A stretch of DNA of 64,000 nucleotides from a bacterium (GTDB lineage: Bacteria > UBA8248 > JACPRG01 > G963555815): positions 3,936,001-4,000,000 of the forward strand of contig OZ244653.1 of assembly GCA_965218795.1 (NCBI GenBank), written 5' to 3'. The notes beneath the pieces are model-generated. The model was not told the DNA's origin. It worked only from the letters and a program-made list of their open reading frames with translations, and ran no database searches. The translations under genes were made by a program, and so were the position numbers. This document shows positions 9,078 to 19,098 of the stretch, in pieces (position 1 is the stretch's first letter; every line of letters starts with the position of its first letter).

Positions 9078-11174
9078 TCATTGATGCCCGTGCAGCAATT
9101 CGGTATAGGTTGGCAACGGCCACAGACGGCCGTCCACAATCTCCTCCAACCGATCCGCCACTGCCCTCGGGGATTTCATCAGCGGTTTAACGGTTTCGTG
9201 GGCGTAGGAAGCTGCTTGCGCGGGAGCATCCTCCGGGAAGTTGCCGAACGCCTCGGATAGCTTGTCCGTCTCCGTAAGCAGCTGCTGAACAAGATCATTC
9301 TTTTCTCTGAAGAGCTTGGAAGAGTAGCCGGATTCGATGCCCGCGCGGGCATCCTCGATGGCGACAGGGAGGATAAGGGTTTGCAGGATATTCAGCAGGG
9401 CCCGCGCCTCAATCCAAAGCTCCGTAGCGTACGCTTCCTGCAGTAAGTTTTGGCGAGCTACGAGCTCCCGTTCGTTGAAGATGCCTAGGTCGTCGAATAG
9501 CTTGAGGTTCTTGGTCGACGTAAGCTCCTGGTATGCCTCGGGGCTGCTCTTCAGGTGGATCAGCCCGGATTTCTCGGCAAATTCGTCTAACTCCTCGGAA
9601 TAACCGTTTCCGCTGAAGAGGGCGCCCTGGTTCTCCTTGATGGTTTCTCGGATGACCTGATCCACATCCTTGCCGGCGTCTATCTCATCGCACATATGCT
9701 TCAGGCTATCCGCTAGTGCGGCATTGACCATCGTGAGTGGGAACGCAATATGTTGGTTCCCACCCACTGCCCGAAACTCGAACCGGTTACCGCACCAAGG
9801 GAATGGTGCGGTGCGATTGCGATCTTCCAGATGAGCCTTGATGTCCGCCACTGGTGCGGACATTGGAATATCCCTGTCCTCCGTCCCATATCCTGTGAAC
9901 TTTCCACCCTCTGCGACTTGCCTCACGTGCTGTTCCAGAAGCCTGCCAAGTTGGAGTGTAATGATTGCCGGTGGTGCCTCCTGTGCACCAAGCCGGTGGT
10001 CGTTCCCGGCGGTAGAAACCCCGCATCGCATCAGATCGCCGTGTTTGTTTACCCCTCGCAACAGTGCGGCGACGAAAGCGATGAAACGCCGGTTTTCGTA
10101 CTCCGTTTTCCCCGGGACGAACAGACTGGCGCCCCTGTCCGTGCATAGACTCCAATTGTTGTGCTTGCCATTTCCGTTGATGCCCGCGAACGGCTTCTCG
10201 TGGAACAGAATCGCAAATCCGTGGTCGAAAGCCAGGTCGCGAAGCACCTCCATTGTCAAGACGTTGGTGTCTGCTGCCAGATTTGCTAAATTGAAGATTG
10301 GTGAGATCTCATGTTGCGCTGGAGCCACCTCATTGTGAGTGCAGTGAATCGAAACCCCCAGTTCCCACATCTTCTCCCTTGCCTCCGCCACAAATCGATT
10401 CACCCGTGGCGGCATTTTCGCGAAGTAGTTGCTCGACTGCTCTTGCCCGCGAAGCGGAGCGGCTCCCACCAAGGTACGGCCGGTCGCCACCAAGTCTGGC
10501 CGCGCCAAGTACCTCTCCCGATCGACTAGAAAGAACTCCTGCTCCCATCCGACGTTACATACGACTTGCATCGCCTCCAGGTCCCCTAAGTGCCGCAACA
10601 GCCGCACGCTCTGCTCGTTTACCGCCAAGTCGGCTCGCAATAGCGGGGTCTTTTGGTCGAGTGCTTCGCCGGTCAAAGAAACGAAGGCAGATGGGATATA
10701 CAGCGTTTGACGATAGACAAACGGCGGGGAGCCCGTATCCCAACCCATATAGGCTGCCGCCTCATGAGTTTCGCGGAGCCCTCCGCTCGGTAAAGACGAT
10801 CCGTCCGTCTCCGTTTGGAACAACTCAGAGCCCGACAGGTTTACAACCAGCTGATCCGTCTGGAAATCTACCTCCACAAATGTCTCGAGCTTCTCCCCGG
10901 GAATCGGTCCTCGCATCGGAGAGAACCAATGCGAATACCCGATACACCCTTTCGACTGCGCCCACTCTCGAACCGACTGCGCCAGCGCGTCTGCTTCGTC
11001 TTTATCCATCGGGAGTCCGGTCGCCCGACACCGCGCAAAAGCGTAATAAATATCCGGGTTGACCAGCTTTTTCAGGACCGCGTCATCCAGCACATTGCTA
11101 TTGATGTTTAATAATGTCGGCGGCAGGTCCGTCATGTGCTTCGGCGCATCGCGCGTGGAGTATGTATCCGTCAT
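9078..11174 (-). CDS. Glutamine synthetase type III
   Basis: ~700 aa; HWFSP, ETDGSSLPSGGLRET, EQEFF, HNEVAPAQHE, HEKPFAGINGNGKHNNWS, DRNRTAPF. Confidence 0.93.
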   Translation of the reverse strand: MTDTYSTRDAPKHMTDLPPTLLNINSNVLDDAVLKKLVNPDIYYAFARCRATGLPMDKDEADALAQSVREWAQSKGCIGYSHWFSPMRGPIPGEKLETFVEVDFQTDQLVVNLSGSELFQTETDGSSLPSGGLRETHEAAAYMGWDTGSPPFVYRQTLYIPSAFVSLTGEALDQKTPLLRADLAVNEQSVRLLRHLGDLEAMQVVCNVGWEQEFFLVDRERYLARPDLVATGRTLVGAAPLRGQEQSSNYFAKMPPRVNRFVAEAREKMWELGVSIHCTHNEVAPAQHEISPIFNLANLAADTNVLTMEVLRDLAFDHGFAILFHEKPFAGINGNGKHNNWSLCTDRGASLFVPGKTEYENRRFIAFVAALLRGVNKHGDLMRCGVSTAGNDHRLGAQEAPPAIITLQLGRLLEQHVRQVAEGGKFTGYGTEDRDIPMSAPVADIKAHLEDRNRTAPFPWCGNRFEFRAVGGNQHIAFPLTMVNAALADSLKHMCDEIDAGKDVDQVIRETIKENQGALFSGNGYSEELDEFAEKSGLIHLKSSPEAYQELTSTKNLKLFDDLGIFNERELVARQNLLQEAYATELWIEARALLNILQTLILPVAIEDARAGIESGYSSKLFREKNDLVQQLLTETDKLSEAFGNFPEDAPAQAASYAHETVKPLMKSPRAVADRLEEIVDGRLWPLPTYTELLHGHQ

Positions 11175-11615
11175 GGGTTTTTCCTTTCTCAATTAGTTCG
11201 TCGGGCGGCTATGTGACTTCTGCGGCTACCCTCTCATTCTTGACAATCCGAGCATGAGGGTGAGGGATTTCCCCTATACGACCAGCCTCCTCGCCCCGAG
11301 CTTGCCGAAGGGCGCACATACCGTTCCCCTCGATCTCGAAGACCTCGCTGATAGATATCCCTAAGAGAGCAGAGCGCAAACTTTGCATTCCGCTTCCAGA
11401 GGTCCTTGGCGATTGGATCGGAGCAGGACTGTTTTGAAGATACTTTTGACGCACGTCCTTGTCGCCGCCCGCCTCCGATGTTCTGTTAAGGCACTCGGAT
11501 TCAGACGGCCTCAATATGAAGCCAGGGCCTGTTAGATCGCGGCCCAAGTAACTAAACCAAACTTTACGATGTGCGGTCCAGCCGCTGCGAGAAGATACGA
11601 TCTAGTACATCTTAT

Positions 11616-12616
11616 CCGACATTTCCCAGATGGCGGCCCATCCACCCCGATCCAAGATAGAATATCCGAATCGACGGCTGTCGACAAGCCGGATTGCGCC
11701 GTGTCGTGTCACTTTGAACGTCGAAACCGTCTGATTGGCTGCTCGGATGGCCAGACCGACCCAATTCCGGCCCGTTCAGCATGATGCCGGGCGCTCTTCG
11801 CCGTCGGTGGGGCGATCGTGGTCGGTTTCGACGCCGTCAACATCGCGACAGTTCTCGCGGTCGGAGGTCGTCGATCATCTCCAGGATGCGCCGAAACAGT
11901 TCGCGCGGCACCGCCACTTCGGCCATCAGGAAGACGCTGTAGCGAGCACGGGCAATGACCTTCGCGCCGATCTTGACCACCTTTCTATCTCGACCGGTAG
12001 GGCCAGTGTGCGTAGAAAGTTGGCCATGTTGTACGCCAGGGCGTGAAGCTGGAGGCGGACGGCATTGGCCATCATCGAAGCGGCACGACATGCGGGTCCA
12101 CCGCCCCGACAGGTTGGCCAGAGCGGCGAGATTCGCCTTTCGCGTCAGCGCCTCGGTCTCGAACCGTCCCATCTGGCTGGTGGAGGCGGCCTCCTTCGTC
12201 ACCGCCCGACCACCGACGATCCAGCGTATCGCCGGATCATGGCCGAGCCGGTCGGCGTCGTTGACATCCTCGTATCCGGCCAGGCGCCCGAACACCGACT
12301 GGCGAAATTGCGCCGTCAGTGTGTGGCGGCCATTCCTCCCAGTCCGGGTGTCGGCGAGAGCCTGGCCAGCCATTTCGGTCAGGCCAAGGGCATCGTCGAG
12401 TTCACGGAAGGCGAGCCGCCCGGCATCGGAGGTGACCCTGGAACCGTGGAAGTCCAATTTCAGACGGCGGTCAAATTCGAGCCGCAGACCGCCCAATTCC
12501 GTTCACCCGCCACGCTGTCCATTCCCTACCCCGTCAATCATCTTCATCTCATTGTTTTATATAGCGGATTCTCGCATCAAGGTCAAAAAATAGTTCGGTC
12601 ATCTGGGGAATCCGGG
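11616..12616 (-). mobile_element. IS1380-family element, internally deleted, transposase pseudogene
   Basis: Terminal IRs CCGACATTTCCCAGATG / CCCGGATTCCCCAGATG; [29 protein letters not shown] fragments. Confidence 0.8.
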
Positions 12617-12735
12617 TGTATACTTCATTTTAACTTGTGCGGGAAACCCAGGCCCACCTGACTGAATAAGAAGGGTGGATTTTACCGCTTCCATCGGATC
12701 AAAGATTGAATTCAGACGAATAAAAGGAGAAGCCA

Positions 12736-14229
12736 ATGGCCAAGGCCACCAAGCGTTCCACCTCGGCCAGAAAGGCGGCCGGGGGAACGCAAAAAAACCA
12801 GGAAACCAAGCGTTCCACCTCGACCGAAAAGGCGGCCGGGGGAACGCAAAAAAACCAGGAAACCAAGCGTTCCACCTCGACCGAAAAGGCGGCCGGGGGA
12901 ATACAAAAGGACCAGGAATATGTCCTTCGCATGGCGAAGGAGCACAATGTCAAGTTCGTCCGATTCTGGTTCACGGACATGTTGGGGCACCTCAAGAACT
13001 TCCTCATCACGCACGATGAGCTCGAGGCCACCATGTACGAGGGCCAGGGGTTTGACGGTTCGTCCATCGAGGGATTCGCCCGGATCGACCAGAGCGACAT
13101 GGTGGCCATGCCCGACTCCTCGTCTTTCGAGATTCTCCCCTGGATGAACGATGCGGGAAACAACGTTGCACGGATGTTCTGCGACATCGTGAACCCGGAC
13201 CGCTCGCCCTTTGAAGGGGACCCCCGATACGTCCTGAAACGCAACCTGGCGGAGGCCGCCGAGCTGGGATACACCTTTTGCGTCGGGCCCGAGCTCGAGT
13301 TCTTCCTGTTCAAGAGTTCGGACGGGACGGAGGTCCTGGATCACGGCGGCTATTTCGATATGTCGTTCCTGGACGTGGCTGCGGATTTCAGGCGCGAAGT
13401 CATCGAAACGCTCCAGTCGGTTGGGATCGTTATCGAGTACGCTCATCATGAGGTCGCCCCCAGCCAACACGAGATTGACCTGCGCTACACGGAGGCCCTC
13501 ACCATGGCGGACAACTGCATGACCTACCGTGTGGCGGTGAAAGATACCGCCTTGAATCACGACTTTTACGCCACTTTCATGCCGAAGCCTCTGTTCGGGG
13601 AGAACGGAAGCGGCATGCACGTTCATCAGTCGCTTTTCAAGGATTCCAGGAACGCATTTTACGATTCCAAGGATGAACACTATCTCTCCGACGTGGCCAA
13701 GCACTACATTGCAGGACTCCTCCGGCACGTCCCCGAGGTCACCCTCGTCCTGAATCAGTGGGTGAATTCTTACAAGCGCCTGGTGCCGGGCTACGAGGCG
13801 CCCACGAACCTCGCCTGGGCGGTCGGCAACCGCTCCAGCCTCGTGCGCGTCCCCAATTACAAGCCCGGCCAGGAGGAGGCCACTCGAGTCGAGCTGCGGA
13901 ACCCGGACCCCGCGTGCAACCCCTACCTGGCTTTCTCGGTCATGCTGGCGGCCGGTCTGGCCGGTATCAAAGGAAAGTACGAGCTTGCCGCTCCGACGAA
14001 CTGGGACGTCTACCAGATGACGGCGAAAGAACGCGAGAAGCTCGGCATTCAGCAGCTGCCCTCCGATCTCAGCGAGGCCATCCGGTTCGCCGAGAACAGC
14101 GAGCTTCTCCGCGAGTGCCTGGGCAGGCACATATTCAGGAACCTTTTGGAAAACAAGAGAAAGGAGTGGCACGAATACCACGCCCGCGTGTCCCAGTTCG
14201 AGCTGGACAGGTACCTGGCCATCTTGTAG
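12736..14229 (+). CDS. glnA: Glutamine synthetase type I with repetitive N-terminal extension
   Basis: FDGSSI, GPELEFF, HHEVAPSQHE, TFMPKP, NGSGMHVH, YKRLVPGYEAP, RVELR; AGGAG RBS. Confidence 0.93.
   Translation: MAKATKRSTSARKAAGGTQKNQETKRSTSTEKAAGGTQKNQETKRSTSTEKAAGGIQKDQEYVLRMAKEHNVKFVRFWFTDMLGHLKNFLITHDELEATMYEGQGFDGSSIEGFARIDQSDMVAMPDSSSFEILPWMNDAGNNVARMFCDIVNPDRSPFEGDPRYVLKRNLAEAAELGYTFCVGPELEFFLFKSSDGTEVLDHGGYFDMSFLDVAADFRREVIETLQSVGIVIEYAHHEVAPSQHEIDLRYTEALTMADNCMTYRVAVKDTALNHDFYATFMPKPLFGENGSGMHVHQSLFKDSRNAFYDSKDEHYLSDVAKHYIAGLLRHVPEVTLVLNQWVNSYKRLVPGYEAPTNLAWAVGNRSSLVRVPNYKPGQEEATRVELRNPDPACNPYLAFSVMLAAGLAGIKGKYELAAPTNWDVYQMTAKEREKLGIQQLPSDLSEAIRFAENSELLRECLGRHIFRNLLENKRKEWHEYHARVSQFELDRYLAIL
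12748..12918 (+). repeat. In-frame tandem repeat, 3 x 57 bp (TKRSTSTEKAAGGTQKNQE)
   Basis: Units begin at 12748, 12805 and 12862. Confidence 0.95.
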
Positions 14230-14655
14230 TAGGGCGGCCGATCCTGTGGCCGCCATCGGAAGGCGGGCTGGAGCCCGCCCTACCGTTGAAGCACGGCGAA
14301 AAGGGCCGAATCTCCGGGGGGGGTCGGTCCTTTTCTTGAACCCTTCCGGTTGCCCGATCCATCTGTATCACGTCATTGGACATGGAGCGTGACGAGGCGA
14401 ATGCATTCCGGCAAGTCGCCGAATGACGCGAAATTCCGTTTCGTGAGCGGGTCCTTTTGAAAAATCTCGTCGGCTCGGAAGAAAAACATGTACAGGGTGA
14501 CAGCCGGGCAGGGCGGTCATCCTGGCCGCCATCGGAAGGCGGGTTGGAAGCCCGCCCTGTTACGGCGCCGGCTCTTGGATGACGGCGGAGAATGGATTCC
14601 CGCCTACGCGGGAATGACCGAAAGAGCCTGCCCCCGCATGGTTTCAGCAGGGGCC
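14229..14655. repeat. REP-like cluster: two GTAG-type composite palindromes (14229-14283, 14509-14559) plus a GGATTCCC...GGGAATGAC element
   Basis: Near-identical GGGCGG..GGCCGCCATCGGAAGGCGGG..GCCCGCCC copies; palindrome 14593-14618. Confidence 0.75.
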
Positions 14656-14758
14656 ATACACGGCTACAGCGGAAGGCTGGAGAGGTTCTTCATGGCGGAG
14701 AGCGGTGGCCCAAAAACAAAGGGCCGGCGGTTCATTTCGCCAACCCTTTGATTTCATC

Positions 14759-14834
14759 TGGTGGAGCTGAGGGGGATCGAACCCCTGACCTCATGACTGC
14801 CAGTCATGCGCTCTCCCAGCTGAGCTACAGCCCC
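14759..14834 (-). tRNA. tRNA-Ala (GGC)
   Basis: GGGGCTG acceptor, anticodon loop CT-GGC-AG, TTCGATCC, CCA end; 76 nt. Confidence 0.97.
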
Positions 14835-14900
14835 ATGTCCGGCTGAATTTAGCACTCGGTGCCGGCAATCGCAACGCAAAGTGGACGGGCGAGGGTTTCT

Positions 14901-15764
14901 CTAACTGCCGCCGAACCCCTCGGAAGATTTGTAGCGCTGTACCTCGTCGTACAGCCGGGCCACGAAGATCTTCTGCAGGCCGGGAGCCCTGGACTCGAAC
15001 TCGGCCGGGACCGGCTGGCGGTCGATGAACGTGATGGTCTCCATCGCCTCCGCCTTGCTGACCCCTGTCTCGATGGCCTCCTGAACCGTCCCGATCGCAT
15101 CCTCCACGATCTGTTTCATCATGTCGAACAACTCGGCCCCCCCCGGTTTTCCGTGGCCGGGGATCACAATCTCCGCATCCAGCGACTTGAGATAATCGAG
15201 GGTCTCCAGCCAGTCGTAGGGGAGCGAGTCGTGGTACCAGGTCATCACTTCGTTGAACACGTTGTCGGTGGCGAACAGGACGCGCTCTTCCGGGATGTAG
15301 ACCGCCGTATCGTTCGGCACATGGCCATTCAGCGGGATAGCTTCAATCGCCACCTCTCCCAGATACAGGTTCATCTTCCCTTCGAAGGTAATCTCCGGCT
15401 CGCGGGCCTGGTATGTGCCGGCCGCGTCCAATCGCTCGGGATCGAACATTTCAATGAAGACCTCGGGTGTTTTCATGAAGTTCGGGCCGAACGGGGCATC
15501 GTCCCAAAAAACGTCCTTGATGTACTGATGGGCGATGATTGTTCCCGGAACGAATGCGTTTCCGAAGACGTGGTCGGCGTGAGGCTCGGTGTTGAGAAGG
15601 TACTTGATCTGCCCCAGGCCCTTGATCTCCTCCAGCCAGCGCTCGGCGCGCGTCGGGTACTGGGGCGAATCGACCAGGAGGACGCCCTCTTCGGTTTGAA
15701 TGGCGCCAATGCAGCAGGGGCCCTCCATCGCGTCGATGTAAACGTGTGGACTGACTTGCTCCAT
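14901..15764 (-). CDS. MBL-fold metallo-hydrolase (cyclase-like)
   Basis: TEPHADHVFGN, GH, D, IPGHG motifs. Confidence 0.88.
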   Translation of the reverse strand: MEQVSPHVYIDAMEGPCCIGAIQTEEGVLLVDSPQYPTRAERWLEEIKGLGQIKYLLNTEPHADHVFGNAFVPGTIIAHQYIKDVFWDDAPFGPNFMKTPEVFIEMFDPERLDAAGTYQAREPEITFEGKMNLYLGEVAIEAIPLNGHVPNDTAVYIPEERVLFATDNVFNEVMTWYHDSLPYDWLETLDYLKSLDAEIVIPGHGKPGGAELFDMMKQIVEDAIGTVQEAIETGVSKAEAMETITFIDRQPVPAEFESRAPGLQKIFVARLYDEVQRYKSSEGFGGS

Positions 15765-15829
15765 GTCGGAACCCTCCGGTTGGTTCCCGCGGCCGGCGGC
15801 CAGAAATATCGATTTCGAGATCGTACCCC

Positions 15830-16769
15830 CGCCGATACGGACGCGTCAATTGACCCATGTGAGTCATTACGCATCGGGGGTGGGGGATGTCGAGCGTTCC
15901 ATTCATTTTTATCTGAACGTCGTGGGCATCGACATCACGGAGCGGTGCTCCGACGGGTCGGCCTAACATGCGGCGGGGAGCCGATCATCACTGTCTGGCG
16001 CTGTATCCCATGGATTTCAAGCAGTCCCATGATCCCGAGGCTTCGGGGCGGCCCGGGCTGGACCACCTGAGCTTTTGCCGTACCCGATCGCTCAGACGTG
16101 GATGCGGCCGCCAAGGTGCTCAAGGACGCGGGGGCGCGCATTCTGGCCGGATCCGCCGAATGGGATGGGCCGGGGAGTCCCTACGGCATCCGGTTCTGCG
16201 ACCCCGATGGCAACCGGATTGAGAACTGCGCGGACATGCGGGAATGGATCGGCCCGGAAAACCCTCACGCCGCCAAGCCCACGAAGCTCGGCCATGTCTA
16301 TCTGCACGTAGGGAACCCCGCCCGAACACTCGGCTTTTTCACAGATGTTCTCGGATTCCACGTCACGGATTGGATTGCCGATTTCTTCATTTTCATCACT
16401 TGTAATTCCGACCACCACGTCTCGGCCCTCGTCGAAGGTCCCGGCCCGAGCATGAATCATGCGGGGTTCGAAGTGGAAGACGCCGCGGCAATGGTGAGGG
16501 CGGCGGACATCTCGTGGAAAAACGGGGTGGAAACCCTCTGGGGGCTCGGGCGGCACGGCCCGGGTCACAACCTGTTTATCTACTATCCGGACCCCGACGG
16601 GAACGTTATCGAGATCTTCGCCGAGATGGACCGGATTCACGATTTCGACAATTACAAGCCTCTGCAATGGAATCCGGAGGATGCAGGCTGCGTCCGGACC
16701 CGCCACATCACCCAAAAGTTCACCGAAGGCGCCGCAATGGTTGGCAAGCGCGCCAACGCGGGCGGGTGA
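15830..16769 (+). pseudogene. Two-domain VOC / extradiol dioxygenase-like gene with two +1 frameshifts (start approximate)
   Basis: Consecutive frames LTHVSH..SIHFY / DHHCLAL..GLDHLSF / DPDGNRIE..GRHGPGHNLFIYYPDPDGNVIE; extra bases near 15965 and 16075. Confidence 0.8.
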
Positions 16770-17065
16770 GGTCGAGCGTGGCCGGGAAGAGAGGGCGCCG
16801 CAGCGGGGGAGGGAAGGCGAAATGGGACGAGGACGTCCGGAGGCGCTGGGGCGCGCGGACCGTTTCCTCGGAAACCGGTTTTGTCTTTGATGATAAAGGC
16901 GTGAAGTCCTCTCGCCGCAGGCTTCCCGTACAACAGGTTCGTCATGTGACCGCAGGGGAGTTGCAACCTGTCTGGCCGCCTGGTCCCACCCAATCCCATT
17001 CACGGATCATGATGTCGGGTCCAGTGGTCAACCCAATCGATTGACTGTGCTATATTGCCTCCGTC

Positions 17066-17827
17066 ATGAAGAGTGCCGACCGGAAAAGGGTGCTGAGAGA
17101 ATCCCCCCCTGCGTGGTCTTCTCCGCAAGGATGGGCAAGGTTCTTTTGGTTTGTCTGGATGTGGTTCTGTACCAGCCTTGCGATGATCTACCTGAAGATC
17201 CTGAACCGGATTCGATTTGAGGGCCTTGAGCACATTCCCGAGAACGGCCCGGTGCTGATTGTTTGCAACCACATATCCGACCTCGACCCCATCGTCTTGA
17301 TGGCCTCGCTCCTGGTTCGCTTCCCCACCACCATGACGCGGGCGGTGGCCAAGATGGAGCTTTTCAAGACCCAGTTCCGATCTTGGGTTCTCCAGAGTTA
17401 CGGGTGTATTCCGGTGAATCGGAATGGGCGGGACATCCGGGCGATGCGCCAGATTCTCCATGCATTGAGACGCGAAAGGGTGTTGATTTTCCCGGAGGGC
17501 ACCCGGAGCATGGACGGCCGGCCCCTGCGCGGGAAGCGGACCGTGGGCCGATTTGTCCAGTGGTCCCGCCCCGTGATCGTCCCGGCGGCCGTGTGGGGAA
17601 CCATTGAAGCTTTGCCGCCCCGAAGCTCCAGGCTCCGGATCGGCAAAGAGTTCGGCGTCCGCTTCGGTCCGCCCCTGGACATGGAGGCCTTCTACGAACT
17701 GCCCTGGACCAAGGAGGCCAGCCAGGACATCGCGGATCACCTCATGGCCGAGATCACCAAGATTGTAGAAGAGTTGAAGGACGAGGGCCGGGTCATCGAG
17801 ATCGGAACCGTCCAGTTCAGTACTTGA
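17066..17827 (+). CDS. plsC: Lysophospholipid acyltransferase (PlsC family)
   Basis: NHISDLD, AKMELF, IFPEGTRS. Confidence 0.88.
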   Translation: MKSADRKRVLRESPPAWSSPQGWARFFWFVWMWFCTSLAMIYLKILNRIRFEGLEHIPENGPVLIVCNHISDLDPIVLMASLLVRFPTTMTRAVAKMELFKTQFRSWVLQSYGCIPVNRNGRDIRAMRQILHALRRERVLIFPEGTRSMDGRPLRGKRTVGRFVQWSRPVIVPAAVWGTIEALPPRSSRLRIGKEFGVRFGPPLDMEAFYELPWTKEASQDIADHLMAEITKIVEELKDEGRVIEIGTVQFST

Positions 17828-18000
17828 GAATCCCCTCCGTCTCAGTGAAAGATTGCCGCACGGGATTTCGCTATGGGTGGGGGTGTGCCGGGATATATCC
17901 CATAAAAGCCCGCTAAATCCCGGTATATCCTGGTATACAGCGCGCTTCCCCGATTTGACCCGATTCGTCGATACTCTGTTCCATGAGGCGGTCATCTCCC

Positions 18001-19041
18001 ATGCATTTGACCCGCGATCAAGAATACCGTTTTCTGTCCGAGTGCCTTACGGCAGCCGGTGTCCGCCCGGACGCCGCCGAACCCTCGGCCGATCAGATGG
18101 TCGAGGCCGATCTTCGGGGACACAGCTCCCACGGGATCATCCGTCTGGCCGGACTGGTCCAGTCGATCCGAAAGGGAATCGTGAATCCGGACCCCGACAT
18201 CAAGACCCTGAGCGACAGGCCGGCGGGTTGTCTCCTCGATGGCGACGCCGGGTTGGGGGCCTACGTCGGCCGGGAAGCGATCCGGCTGGCCATGTCCAAG
18301 GCAAGGGATGTGGGCGTCGGGGCCGTGGGCGTCCGAAACGGACACTACACTGGACTGTTGGGCTACTTTTCGGATTTCGCGGTTCGTGAGGGGTTGGTCG
18401 CCATCATCACGAGCGGGACGCCTCCCATGGTCCACGTGGCGGGGGGGCGATCGTCCGTGCTCGGGACCAATCCCCTTTGCATCGGTGTGCCGGGAAAACC
18501 CTATCCCGTCATGCTGGACATGGCCACCAGTGAAGCCGCCCGCGGCAAGATCCTGGCCGCCATGAAAAAGGGGGAATCCATCCCCGATGGCTGGGCCGTG
18601 GACGCGGCCGGAAATCCCACAACGGACCCGAAGGAGGCCCTCGATGGCGCGCTCAGCCCGTTCGGCGGCCACAAGGGATCAGGCCTGGCCGTCATGCTGA
18701 GCCTGCTGGCCGGACCCCTCGTCGGCGTTCGACCCGGCACCGAATTCGATCCCTCCCTCTTTCCGGGCGGCATCACGAACAGGGGGGATCTCTTCCTGGT
18801 GATCGACCCCGGGCTGTTCGGATCGGCCGACAAGTGCAGGGAGAACGTCTCGTGGTTTGCGGATGCGATTCGCAGCGCCCCGAAGGCCCCGGGGCATGAC
18901 GAGATCCTCCTCCCCGGCGACCGCGCTTACCGCACGCGAGAAAGAAGGTTGAGGGACGGCATCCCGATAGCCGACGCCATCTGGGAAGACGCCCAATCCT
19001 GGGCGAAGGAGCTGGGCCTGTCGGCCGACGTGGTTCCCTGA
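18001..19041 (+). CDS. Ldh_2 family oxidoreductase (sulfolactate/ureidoglycolate dehydrogenase-like)
   Basis: ADLRGHSSHG, GTNP, LDMATS, GGHKGSGL, LLPG. Confidence 0.9.
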   Translation: MHLTRDQEYRFLSECLTAAGVRPDAAEPSADQMVEADLRGHSSHGIIRLAGLVQSIRKGIVNPDPDIKTLSDRPAGCLLDGDAGLGAYVGREAIRLAMSKARDVGVGAVGVRNGHYTGLLGYFSDFAVREGLVAIITSGTPPMVHVAGGRSSVLGTNPLCIGVPGKPYPVMLDMATSEAARGKILAAMKKGESIPDGWAVDAAGNPTTDPKEALDGALSPFGGHKGSGLAVMLSLLAGPLVGVRPGTEFDPSLFPGGITNRGDLFLVIDPGLFGSADKCRENVSWFADAIRSAPKAPGHDEILLPGDRAYRTRERRLRDGIPIADAIWEDAQSWAKELGLSADVVP

Positions 19042-19098
19042 ACCACAACGCTGGGAAGTTTGGTTTAGGGAAACGCGTTATCCCCTGTGAGCAAGTAG

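Noticed and set aside
11193-11520. Glutamine (glnA) riboswitch upstream of GSIII
   Set aside because: Could not find the consensus by eye; needs an Rfam scan.
11523-11537. AGGGCCTGTTAG resembling the IS5 end at 38056
   Set aside because: Isolated 12-bp match with no partner or transposase.
12748-12918. Possible CRISPR array
   Set aside because: Contiguous in-frame coding repeats with no unique spacers; no cas genes.
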